Part shown: piece after piece, positions 39,801 through 50,750 of the stretch
Position numbering within the stretch: the stretch's first letter is position 1
Layout: the number at the start of each line of letters is the position of its first letter
NCBI GenBank assembly: GCA_965112735.1
Contig: OZ218950.1
Span: forward strand, 1,922,001 to 1,986,000
Source: Phaeosaccion multiseriatum
Taxonomy: Eukaryota > Protista > Ochrophyta, other classes
Direction of reading: 5' to 3'
Length of the DNA stretch: 64,000 bases
Made by a program: the position numbers and the translations under genes
The notes under the pieces: model-generated
Databases searched by the model: none
What the model saw: only the letters and a program-made list of their open reading frames with translations
Told to the model about the DNA's origin: nothing

Positions 39801-42800
39801 ATGCACGAGAATGGCACCCTCCTCACCACTGCGAGGGATGGGCTGGCGCGCATATGGGCAGGATGGGGAGAATCGTTGCTGGGTACGCTCGACCTCAATG
39901 TAAGGAGAAGAAGAGAGGGAGGGAGGGAGGGAGGGAGGGAGGGAGGGAGGGAGGGAGGGAGGGCGTTTGGGCGTGTGTAGGTGCGTGCGTGTATGTGTGT
40001 GCGTGTCTCTGTGTGCGTGTGTGCTTGCTCGAAGAGAACTCAGCCAGAGTGGTGCTGTTGACATTGCTCGTCGCCCTCTGTCCCCTCCCTCTCATCCGTC
40101 CCATATCTCTCCTTCGGCGCACTCGTGTATCTGTCTTCTGTCTCCTCGTAACCTCACTCACGTTCTCCCCTTTTCATCGCCTATGTCATCCATCCACTAC
40201 CATCCATCTGTGTCCAAACCCACCAAGGCTACCCCGGCGCCGGCTGAGTGGCGCTTCCTGCCCACCGCGGGGGTAGCACCGAACTGGGGGGGAGGTGGGG
40301 GAGAACTTCCGGATGGGGTGAGTGAGTGAGGGAGTGAGGGAGTGAGGGACTGAGTGAGTGAGTGAGTGAGTGAGTGAGTGAGTGAGTGAGTGAGTGAGTG
40401 GGTGAGTGAGTGAGTGGGTGAGTGAGTGAGTGAGTGGGTGAGTGAGTGAGTGAGTGAGTGAGTGAGTGAGTGAGTGAGGGAGTGAGTGAGGGAGGGAGTG
40501 AGTCAGTGAGTGAGTCAGTGAGTGAGTGAGTGAGTCAGTGAGTGAGTCAGTGAGTGAGTGTGCCAGTGAGTCAGTAAGTCACTGAGTGAGATTGCTGATG
40601 ATGAGCCCCAACGTTGTTTCCACAGTGCTTCCTAAACAAACCCGCTCCTCCTCCTTCTCCTCCTCCAAAGTGCTTCCCTGACCAAGAGATTGTACAAATT
40701 GCGAAAGAGGCTTTGGCAGAGGGAGATCCTCTCCAGCTCGACAGACGCGAGGACCAGACGACCCCCCCTACTGCTGCTCCTACTGCTACTGCTACTGCTG
40801 CGACTGCTGCTTCTGGCCTCGCCCACCCTGCATCTTCGAGTGACGCGCTTACCAGCACAGACCCCGATCCCTTCGGCGGCTTGTCGGCTGCCGCACAGGC
40901 CGCCGATCCTTCCGTGGGGCCGGGAGAGACCCCAGTGGGCTTTGCTGACAGGAGTGGATACGCGTGGAACCAGATGACCAACGTGAGTAGCTGCCTACCT
41001 CCGATGTACCTCTTAGCTGGTGCCTTCGTTCCGCTGTTCGGGCACCTCTTCTTCTTCTTCTTCTTCTTCTTCTTCTTCTTCTTCTTCTTCTTCTTCTTCT
41101 TCTTCTTCTTCTTCTTCTTCTTCTTCTTCTTCTTCTTCTTCTTCTTCTTCTTCTTCTTCTTCTTCTTCTTCTTCTTCTTCTTCTTCTTCTTCCTCGCTTA
41201 CTGTATGCTGCGTCTTGCGCGTATGTTGTCTGTTCAGGTTCTGACTGAGTTCACAGATAACAAAGCCCGAGAGAGAGCCAACTGGCCTTCGTCGATCCGA
41301 TCCTCAGCCAAGCGGGACCCCCTGCAGGGGAAGCGGTGGAAAGCTCTGGAAAGGTGAGAAGAAGGAGAGATAGAGGAAGGGGCAGGGTTGACAGTTGGTG
41401 ATACAGGGGTAGGGGCAAGGGAAGGGGACGGGGAAGGGGAAGGAGGTTGCTTTGCCCCTGCTGCTGTGTGGTCTTGCTTGCTTCTCCCTTCCTGCTTCGC
41501 CCCTTCCTGGCTTTTCAATACAATCCTCACCCACCCATCCATTACCATCCACGACGAACCCATCCACTGCCATCCACGGACCCAGGCCGAGTGGCGATCT
41601 CTCGAGTTTCGTCCGCTGGAGCAACGACACCCGTCAGAGAGCGGCGGAGCCTCAAGGAGGAGGAGGAGGAGGAGGAGGAGGAGGAGGAGGAGGGACTCCG
41701 AGCCGGGGGGTCTATGTGCAGGGACATTTGGGGGCCGAAGCAGCAGCAGGAGCAGAAGTTGGTGATCCAGCAGCGGTTGGGGATAAAACAGGAGTTGGTG
41801 GTACGGCCATTGGATTGCGGCATGGCAAGAGGAGCGGGATATCCACGAGCACGGAGAAGCTCCTCAAGGAGCGGCCGCGAGAGGCGAGGCCGGAGCAGAG
41901 GTGAGAATCAGATCCAGAATGAGAGAATCAGAATCAGAATCAGGATCCGAGAACATAAGGTGTCTTTTCTTGGCAGCAATGTTTGAAACGATGACGTTCA
42001 TGTCCGCTCCTTCCTTTCCTCTTGTCTCTATTCTCACTCCTCTTTTTCCTTCCTTCCGCCTTTCCTCTTTTCATCATCTTAAAAAAAATCAGAGGGATTC
42101 CGCTGCAGCAATGGAGGGCTGCGAGGGAGCAACAGCAGTTGGTGATACAACAGCAGATGCGGCAATCGGCCTCAATGCCCGCTCTCCCGAGAAGTGCCGA
42201 TGGTCGCCTTCCACAGCAGCAGCAGCAGCAGCCGTTGGTGATACAGCAGCAGAAGGAGCAGGAAACTGCCCCTTTAACCGCTTCACAGAGAGCAAAGATC
42301 CTCAGTGGCAGCAATGGACCGGCAGCACGTCGATCGGCAGCCACGGCCGCAGCCAAGACTAAGAGTGGAATCATGAGCAGATCCCAGGCTCAGGTTCCTG
42401 CCGTGCTAGCCAAATCCCGGGGTGGGCGACTGTGCGTGAGTGAGATCCGAGTCGAAGATGTAGATAAGTGGACAGGCCTGGAGGGACAGGCGGAGGGGTT
42501 GGAGGGCCTTCTCGACAAGAGTTTGGAGAAGGAGAGGGCTGAGGCAGCAGCGCAAGCAGCGGCTGTAGCTCAAGCGCTGAGCGAGCAGCAAGAGGCCGAG
42601 CGGAGGTTGGAGCACCGACGACGGCTTCAACAGATGCATAGGAATGGTCAGAGTGGGAGTGGTGATGGTGATGGCGGTAGAAAGGCTGCCACTGCGGGTG
42701 ACGGTAGGAGGAGTGCTGCCGACAGGCGGCCGAAGTGGGGAACTCCGCACCTCAGTAGCAACCAGAGAGGAGGAGGAGGAGGGGGGGGGGGTGGGGGTCC

Positions 42801-43365
42801 GAATCGAGGAGCGTCTACGGCGGGACAGCAGCAGCGGGGGCGGACTAGTAGTGGCAGCAGGGCCCCCCATCACACCGAAGCTTCTCAGAGCCCTGCAGCA
42901 CAAGGAGGAGAAGGACGAGCAGGTGGTAGAGGAGGAGGAGGAGGAGGAGGAGGAGGAGGAGAAGGAGGAGGAGCAGCAGCAGCAGCAGCAGGAGGAGGAG
43001 GAGGAGGAGGAGGAGGAGGAGGAGCGGCGGAAGCTTCATGCCGCCTGAAGCTGAAGTTGGCTGCGCGAGCCCCCCCCGGGTTGACTGCTCGGGAGACGGG
43101 AGGTCTCTCCACCAGAGGGTCCATTGTCCACAATCACTTCCCTCCGCCGGGGGCTGGGCATCTCTTCGGAGAAGGAGAAGGAGGAGAAGGGGGAGGAGGA
43201 GGAGGAGGAGAAGGAGGCGCTGGCGACATGTGGCAGCAGCAACACCAGGGGAAGGAGCGGTTGTCGTCAGGGCGAGAAGAGAGGCACCGTCGAGCTCACC
43301 ACCCGCCGAAGAGACTCACTTCGCATTTGGAGACGGTCCGCAGACTCGCCCACCTGGGGCTCTAG
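30820..43365 (+). CDS. Second large EF-hand plus WD40 protein (WDR49-like architecture), about 24 exons
   Basis: Phase-consistent exons: 30820-30957, 31133-31195, 31282-31470, 31849-31917, 32029-32253, 32575-32724, 32944-33087, 33213-33300, 33608-33696, 33980-34063, 34303-34473, 34675-34848, 35292-35385, 35915-36032, 36358-37399, 37575-37673, 37854-38159, 38397-38799, 38974-39440, 39705-39899, 40228-40317, about 40671-40982, 41238-41353, 41586-41900, 42093-43365. EF-hand EMFRQMDLRGDGEVSWLDY; WD motifs ITASLDGTLAVW, AAHKGSALTSL..LLTTARDGLARIW. Start codon uncertain. Confidence 0.78.
40318..40590 (+). repeat. (GAGT)n microsatellite starting at a 5' splice site
   Basis: The donor GTGAGT at 40318 runs straight into about 270 bp of GTGA/GAGT repeats. 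Confidence 0.92.
41047..41193 (+). repeat. Intronic (CTT)n microsatellite
   Basis: Directly visible. Confidence 0.95.
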
Positions 43366-43375
43366 GGTTGTCAGC

Positions 43376-43617
43376 ACTTGAGTGTCAGGTGTCAGGACAG
43401 GATTGGGGGTGAGGGGGGTCAGGACTTTGAGTGTCAGGTGTCAGGACAGGATTGGGGGTGAGGGGGATCAGGACTTGAGTGTCAGGTGTCAGGACAGGAT
43501 TGGGGGTGAGGGGTATCAGGACTTGAGTGTCAGGTGTCAGGACAGGATTGGGGGTGAGGGGTATCAGGACTTGAGTGTCAGGTGTCAGGACAGGATTGGG
43601 GGTGAGGGGGATCAGGT
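43376..43617 (+). repeat. 48-bp minisatellite, about 5 tandem copies
   Basis: Unit TTGAGTGTCAGGTGTCAGGACAGGATTGGGGGTGAGGGG(G/T)ATCAGGAC repeated head-to-tail immediately after the predicted stop at 43365. Confidence 0.95.
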
Positions 43618-43730
43618 GTAGGGCGGTGGCTGCACCCCCGCCACAGGACAGAACCATGAGACCACGGGACCACGGAAGAAACGATTGATTGGTTTTTAAA
43701 CTTTTGGTTCATGCTTTCTAGTGAATAAGG

Positions 43731-44162
43731 CTATAAGCCGTCCTCATCCGACGGCAGTTCCTCCCACCCCCGAGTGGGGAGGCCCCTGTCTCTAGACTTT
43801 CGATACCACAGGAAGCCTGAGAAGCAGGCCGTGGCCAAGTAAATCGCCGCTGCACCAAACACACTGCCATCAACAGCGCCGTTGTTATCCATGTTGTGTA
43901 TCCCGCACAGGTGGGTAGGTAGGTAGGTAGGTAGGTAGGTAGGTAGGTAGGTAGGTAGGTAGGTAGGTAGGTAGGTAGGTAGGTGTACCCAACCACACAC
44001 CCACAGCCAGAGGCCGCAGTCGCGAAGGAGAGTAAAGCAAACCGCGGCGGCAGGAGACCATTCACCATTGATGTTGTTGGGCAAGAGACAAGGGGGAAGG
44101 AGGGGAAGGATAAGGGTCAGGGTCAGTAAGGGTAAGAATCAGAGAGAGAGAGAGACACAGGG

Positions 44163-44201
<39 letters not shown>

Positions 44202-45397
44202 GAAAGAGCCATGTGGCCCTGCTTGGTCTTGTGTTGTTACAAGACAGAGAGAGAGAGGGACAGACAGACAGACAGACAGAGCCCATGTGTCCAAGGAGTG
44301 AAGCAGGTAAGTGTTAAGACGAGGGTGCTTCCTCTCACAGCAGCCCTCACAGCAGCCCGGCTTGGGACGCCTGATGGGGCGACCTCCCTCCTCCTCCAAC
44401 CTCTTATCTTTTCTCTATGACTCTCTCACCTCCTCCCGCCTCTCTCTTTGCCTCTTTCTGACTGCCTCCCTCTCTCTGACTCTCTCTCTCTCTCTTTCCT
44501 CCCACCTCCCCCCCCCCCTCTCTCTCTCTGCCTCTCTTTCTGACTGCGGCTCCCTCTCCCTTGGTCTCCCTCTCTCTTTGCCTCTCTCTCTCCCTCTGTC
44601 TCCGTCTCTCTCTCTCACCTGTGGCTAAGCTGTTCCTTATCCGCATGGGGGTCCTCCAAATGAAGATAAAGAGAATTGCGGCTCAGCATCTGCCCAATGG
44701 AGAAAAGAAACACCACCCCACACAGAGAGCCCAAACACACTACACGCGTGCCTGGATGGGCGATGGATGGGTGGACAGTCGGAGGGGTGGGAGGGTGAGT
44801 GTGATAGGTGACACATTCCACTGCTTTGGCCAGTGGCCGAGGACGGGTTTCCACCTCCTTCTATCCATCCAATCCTTTCATCTATTATCTTGAGATGGGG
44901 AGGGAGAGAGAGGCGTCTCTTTTTCTGGGGGCCAGAGTAAAGCGTTTGTCCCCACCCCCACGGTAGTCCTCGTCATGGGTATTCTTGAAGGGCGCAGACT
45001 TTGCGGTACACAAGTAGACGCCTCGCAGTAGTACTTACAGAGGTTCGCTTGGCCGCTATTGTCACTGGAAATAGCGTTCTGCTGCCTTCTCCGTCGAACC
45101 AGCTTCGGATTAGCGTACTTCGGAGTCTCGATGGGCTCCAGTTCCTGTTGTGGGTGGGAGAAGGGGGTCGTGTGGGTGGGAGGATAAGACCTGAGGTAAT
45201 ACAGAAACAATAGGCCGTGGAAGGGAGTGAGTATGGGCAGCAAGAAACAGCAGGCCGTGTGGAAGGTTGAAGGATGCGTAGTAAGCTGAGTCTGTAGCAC
45301 TAACTTGCTCCCCATCCGTCGTGTCAACATGTTCGTAGCCTCTCGTGCCTCCAAGGCTCGGAGGAATCATTGCTCTCAGCCGCTCTTCCAACCGCAT
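43731..45397 (-). CDS. Small two-transmembrane protein of about 154 aa resembling RNASEK / V-ATPase V0 subunit f
   Basis: Exons 45397-45305, 45144-45039, 44751-44619 and 43863-43731 join in frame (93+106+133+133 = 465 nt). Product ..NLCTRVVCLGSLCGVVFLFSIGQMLSRNSLYLHLED..LSHSVFGAAAIYLATACFSGFLWYRK... Start codon uncertain. Confidence 0.65.
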
Positions 45398-45671
45398 CCA
45401 GGGAACCTCCTTTTCTTCCCTTAGGTCAAAATCTGTGCCTTCTTTTGTTGCAGCCTCCCCGTCAGGGGGTCTGTAAGACCGATCATCTTGCAAGCATAAT
45501 ATCTATCCTGCAAAGCCAGCTGTCAAGAGGAGGTGAGAAGGAGGAGGGAGAGGAAAAAGAGGGAGGGGGGGGGGGGGCGGCGGAACTTATTTATTGACTT
45601 ACTAGGAGTCACCCTCTCACTCCTCCCATCCACTGCCATCGCCATGACCATCACGATTCGATCACGATCGA

Positions 45672-48600
45672 TCACGAGGCACTGTAAGCTCCCCTATTTC
45701 CCTTCACTCGTTGCTTCACCCCCCCACTCGTCGCCTTCGCTGCTGCTGCTGCTGCTGTTCCTCCTACTGCTCCTCCAACTGGCATCGAGTTCGAGTCCGA
45801 GTCCAGCACGAGGCCTGAAGTCGCAAGGCTCGCGTCCATCTCATACGCATCGTCGAAATCTGTAGAAGCCATGGGGCTATCCCGTCCCCGCCCCCCGCTC
45901 AACAGGCCCCAGCCCCCCCTGTCATTCCCTTTGTCATCTCCGCTACCGCCGCCGCTGTTGTCAGCACCTCTACCACCACCCGCGCCACCGACCGCACTGA
46001 TACCTCCTCCGCCTCCTCCGCCGCCTGCTCCTCCTCCTCCTCCTCCTCCCCCTCCCTCCTCCTTGGCGAGGAAGGCGCGATACTCGGCCAGCAGCTTGAG
46101 GGGTGTCTTAGTCACTTCCTCTCGCACCTTGGCGAGATGCACAGCGTGGTGTGTGGTGGGCTGGCGGTGCGCTCTCACGTAGAAGTCGTAAAACTGCAAG
46201 CAAGAAGTTGAAGTTGAAGTTGAAGTACGTCGTCGTTGTCGACGAGGAGTTTTAGTGTTAGTGGGAGCAGTATCAAAAAGCCACTTGGTTTGCAAAAACT
46301 TTGTGTGTGCCTGCGTGTGTGTCTATGACTCTGTGTAGCCTGTGTGTGCGTGTGTTTCTGTGACTCTACGTGTGCGTGTGTGTCTGTAACGCACGCCTCA
46401 CGCTCTCACACCTTCACGATCCATCCTCCTTATGCCTTACGTCATAACACATGCCCTTACCTGTGCCTGATGCAACTCATTCAGCACCTGCATCACCTGT
46501 CCAGCCTTATTGCACTCCCCATATACGGCCCCTCTCCTCAAAGCACCCACCGCCTCCTTCGTGAAACCAATGCTCACACAGGCAAGTGGCCAGTCCGTGG
46601 GTGGACTCGACGCCAACAAAAACAATCGCCGCGCGAACGACGGATGCTCCTCAAGAAGCCGCAGCAGCTGCAGTAGGGAGAGGACACCCTGGCTTCGATT
46701 GAGGTCGGTGCAGGGGTCGAGGCCTTGGAATCCGATGACTTCCCAGTGGCTGCCCGTGTTGGGTACATCGCGTGCATTGCCCGTGAGCCGGCGGTAGATG
46801 GTCTGCAGCATACGGCGGTGCTGCTCCACTTCCGGCGCGTAGTGCACCTGTTGGGTGTGTGTTTGACATGTGTTTACAGATAGCATATCATGAGAAGGAT
46901 GAGTAGACGATTGGTTCAAATATACCATTAAAGGCATGGATGGATGGGTGGATGGGTGGATGGGTGGATGGATGGTGAACATGGGTGGATGGATCGATTA
47001 GTCGGAGGGTGGGTGGGTGCGTGCGTGCGTGCGTGCGTTCGTTGGTGGGTGGATGGATGGTGGTGGTTGGTAGTTGTCCGGCTCACGTGGCCAGCAATAC
47101 CGCACCCACCCACAATCGCACACGCACACACAATCACAAACACACATGTGAACCACCTCGCGTATACATCCCCTACCTGAGCAAAGAGGAATACCTCGTC
47201 TCTCCTGGATGGGCCGTTGGGGATCTTTAGAACAGGCACCTTGCCAAACAGGGACCGCTTAAACTCCTCCGGCACGATGAAGTTCCTAAAGGGGCTGAGA
47301 TCCACACTACGAAGGTAGGCCAACGCCTCGGAGAAGGTCATGTTCTTGGGAGTGACGGGAAGCAATCGCCCCCCCACCCCCAGTCGTTGCGGCACGCTGT
47401 CCTCTGCCTCCCTCAAGGCAGACAAGTTTTCCCACTCTTGCTTCACGGCCGAGCCTTCCTCTTCTTCGGTCATGGGCACCGCGGCAGCAGCCGCTGCTGC
47501 GCCGCCCCCCCCTCCTGCTGCTCCTCCTTTTGCTCCCCCCTCTCCTGGTGACTGGAGGGGACGCGAGAGTCCTAATGCCGAAGCTGACACTGACAACAGA
47601 GACGAAAAAGAGGAGGTCTGATGCAAACTGGCAGCCTCCTCCTCCCCATCCTCTCCTCCCTCGCCCTTCCCACCCCCTACTCTCGTGCCATTCCTCCCTT
47701 CCTCTCCTTCGCCCTCCTCCTCCTCATCCTCCCCCTCCTCCTCCTCCTCCTCCTCCTCTTCCTCGGTGATGGGCTTGATGGTGCGATTCATGGCCGCGAG
47801 CGCAGCGCTTCCCGTAGACTGCCCTGCTTCTTCCTCCATACTCCTCCTCCTCTCTCTCCCCAGCCTTTGGAGCTCCTCTTCCTGACCCTCCTCCATATCT
47901 CCAAGCCCCTCCCTGTACAGTCTGGTCACCTGCGACACCCCTTCCACACCGCCGATGGCAAATCCCCCTGCATCGAAGCTGCTCTTCCTCCCCTCTGCCC
48001 CACCCTCCCCAGCCAGCGTGACGGCGGCTGCTTGGGCAGCTGAGGCCCCCTCGGAGAGGTTCTTCCGCTTCTTCTTCTGTCGAGCCTCTTCTTCGGCTGC
48101 CTCTACTTCCGCCGCCAATGAGCGTTGCTCGATCTCCAGCTCCTAAGGAGAGAGAGAGAGAAAAGAGCAAAGAGAGACAGTAGAGCGAGAGAGAGAGAGG
48201 GAAAGGAAAAGAGCACAAGAGAGAGTAGAGCGAGAGAGAAGAGAGAGGGGGGCGCAGAGAGAGAGAGAAGGCACATCATACGGTATAAGAGGCGGAGGCA
48301 CGACGGGCGCAGGACAGCGGCCGAAGCTAGTCAGACATACGTAGGCATCACCCACCTAACCTCCCCCCTCTCTATCTTACCCTCTTCAGCCTCCGCTCTT
48401 CCTCCGCCGCCCGCGCCAGCTGACTGAGCTTTGCCCTCTCCGCTATCTCCCTTAGCTCCTCCCCTAGCGTCGGACTAGCAGGGCCGTAGTCCTCAACCTC
48501 AAATTCTCCATCGTCGCTCAACCCCATGCCCTCCTCTCTGCCGGAGACTCGCACTGCCGCTGCCGCTGCCGTTGCCCCAGGTGAGTAGTCAGTCATGGAG

Positions 48601-49178
48601 CTGCGGCGGGCAAGAGTAGGAGCGAACTCCGACCCTGCCAGCTCCTGCGCCGCGAGTTCGAAGACGAGTGGAGGGCGCGAGGCGACGGAAGGAAGGAAGG
48701 AAGGAAGGAAGGAAGGAAGGAAGGAAGGAAGGAAGGAAGGAAGGAAGGAATGTAAGCACCCCGAGACAGGAAGACAGAGAATGGGGGGAGGCGAGGGCGA
48801 GAGGGGGTCAAGCCACCCGGGGCGGGAAGAGGATAGGCTGCAAAACTACTACACAGCGCCCTTCGGAAGACGTAAGTACATCCATCGAACAGCAGGGGCA
48901 GGAACAGCGGCACAAGTAGAAGTTGGTGATACTGCAGCGGGGTCACAGTGACTCACCTTTTCAAAGGCGCTCTCGTCCTCGAAAGCAGGGCCTGCGGGAT
49001 GCTTGTAGCCGCTGCCTCCTCCGCCTCGCTTTGGGCTGGGGACGTACACGATGCCGAACTCGTCCACTTGTCCTCCTCCTCCTCCTCCTCCTCCTCCTCC
49101 TCCTCCTCCTCCTCCTCCTCCTCCTCCTCCTCCTCCTCCTCCTCCTCCTCCTCCTCCTCCTCCTCCTCCTCCTCCTGG

Positions 49179-49216
<38 letters not shown>

Positions 49217-50436
49217 CTTCTACGCTCCTTCGGCTGCCCTTTTGCTGCTGCCGCTGCTGCTGTTTTTTCGTCCGAGCATCGTTGGGGCCTTTTCCGTTTG
49301 GATTAGTCACCCTGCTACTGGATTCCGACGACAAGTCGGGTGCACTTGCTGCTTGTTTTGCTACCGTAGGGGCTACAGGCCTCGCCGCCTTGGCACTGCC
49401 CTTCTTCGTAGACTTGGATCGACGTCGACAGCTCTCCCTCTCGTCGCCGTGGCCGTCTTCCTCCCCCTCACCCCTTTCGCCCAAGACCTCTCTCACTGAG
49501 TTCTCCATGGCTGCTACCAAGTTGGGGACGGGGGTACCAGCTCGCGCTTTGTTTTTCTCCTTCTCCTTCTTTTCTTTCTTCTCCCTCTTCTTCTCCTTCT
49601 TCTCCTTCCTCTCTCTCCTCCTCCTCTTCTTCTCCTCCTGCTCCTGCTGGAGGCGGTCTGCGTCGGCCTTCTCTCCTCCTCCTTCCGTCTTATCCTCCTC
49701 TTCCTCCCTCTCCTCCTCCTCCTCCGCACTTGCTGAACTACATGACTGATTCCTTGCATTCTTGTCCACAGCTTCAAGCTGCTGTAGCTCCAGCTGCTGC
49801 ACTCTCTCTCTGTGAGCTTCCCTCATTCTCTGTTGCTGCTCCGCCCTCTGCACTGCTATTCGCTCCATATCTGCCCCTTCTCCGAGCTCCACGACGCCGT
49901 CATCCTCCTCATCTCCGCCTACGCAGTCCGTGGTCAGGTGCATCATGCCTTCTACCAAAAGCTCTGCCTCCAGTGCCTCCCTCTGCCTCCTTCTCGTCCT
50001 CCTCTGCTCTCTTCGGGCCATGTCCACTTCGTCCGCCGCGCCCTCTCTCCCCGCAGTGCCCTGGCTTCCATCCACGCCCCCCTCCTCGTCTCCCTCCTCG
50101 TCATCTTCCCCACTACCACTTTCCGTGCTGCTGCCTCCCTCGTCGCTGCTGCTGTCCTCGTCTCCCGCTGCCATGCTCCCGAGAACCTTCGGGGGAGCAG
50201 AGTCGCTGGAAGTTGCTTTCCGAGGGCTTGGCGGAACCACGGGGGACTGTACCAGCAACAGCAAGTAGTAGAAGTGTACAAAAGGCAGCAAAGACTGAGA
50301 CGCAACGAAGGAGGCGGGGGAAGACGGAAAGAACATGAGGCGATTTACTCACCGTCCCGTGCTGCTCTTCTTCATCTCCTCCGCGATGACCAGTCAATGG
50401 CGGTAGTGGTAGACTCTCTACCCCCGTTCCTTCCAT
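45672..50436 (-). CDS. ELMO/CED-12 domain protein (ELMOD-like, putative ARF/ARL GAP) with long disordered N-terminus
   Basis: Exons 50436-50353, 50246-48957, 48644-48381, 48142-47177, 46847-46461, 46193-45672. ELMO motif HRRMLQTIYRRLTG..GSHWEVIGFQGLDPCTDLNRSQGVLSLLQLL..WPLACVSIGFT. Confidence 0.88.
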
Positions 50437-50554
50437 TTTGGCCTTCACTTGATGGGGAAGGAAGATATTCCAGGAGAGGGGAAACGGAGTGAACCGTCGA
50501 GCGGTAAGTCAGTGAACCATCGTCCACCTGGAACTCAAACTTGGGCGCTGACAG

Positions 50555-50750
50555 GCTTCTGGCCGGCGCCAGCCGGCCTGCTTCCTGCTTCTGGCCGGTG
50601 CCAGCCGGCCTGCTTCATGCTTCTGGCCGGCGCCAGCCGGCCAAGCAGGTTCCAGGTTCTGGGGGAAAGCCATGTAATAAGGCAATGATGAGGGCCAAGG
50701 CTGGTTCCTGCTTCTGGCCGGCGCCAGCCGGCCTGCTTCCTGCTTCTGGG
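50555..50750. repeat. 32-bp GC-rich repeat with an internal palindrome, about 4 copies
   Basis: GCTTCTGGCCGGCGCCAGCCGGCCTGCTTCCT at 50555, 50587, 50619 (partial) and 50710; each copy has a GGCCGG-N6-CCGGCC stem. Confidence 0.9.

Noticed and set aside
43376-43617. CRISPR-like array
   Set aside because: Units are head-to-tail with no unique spacers; eukaryotic context and no cas genes.
50555-50750. CRISPR-like palindromic 32-bp repeats
   Set aside because: Three copies are directly adjacent without spacers; only one gap; no cas genes.
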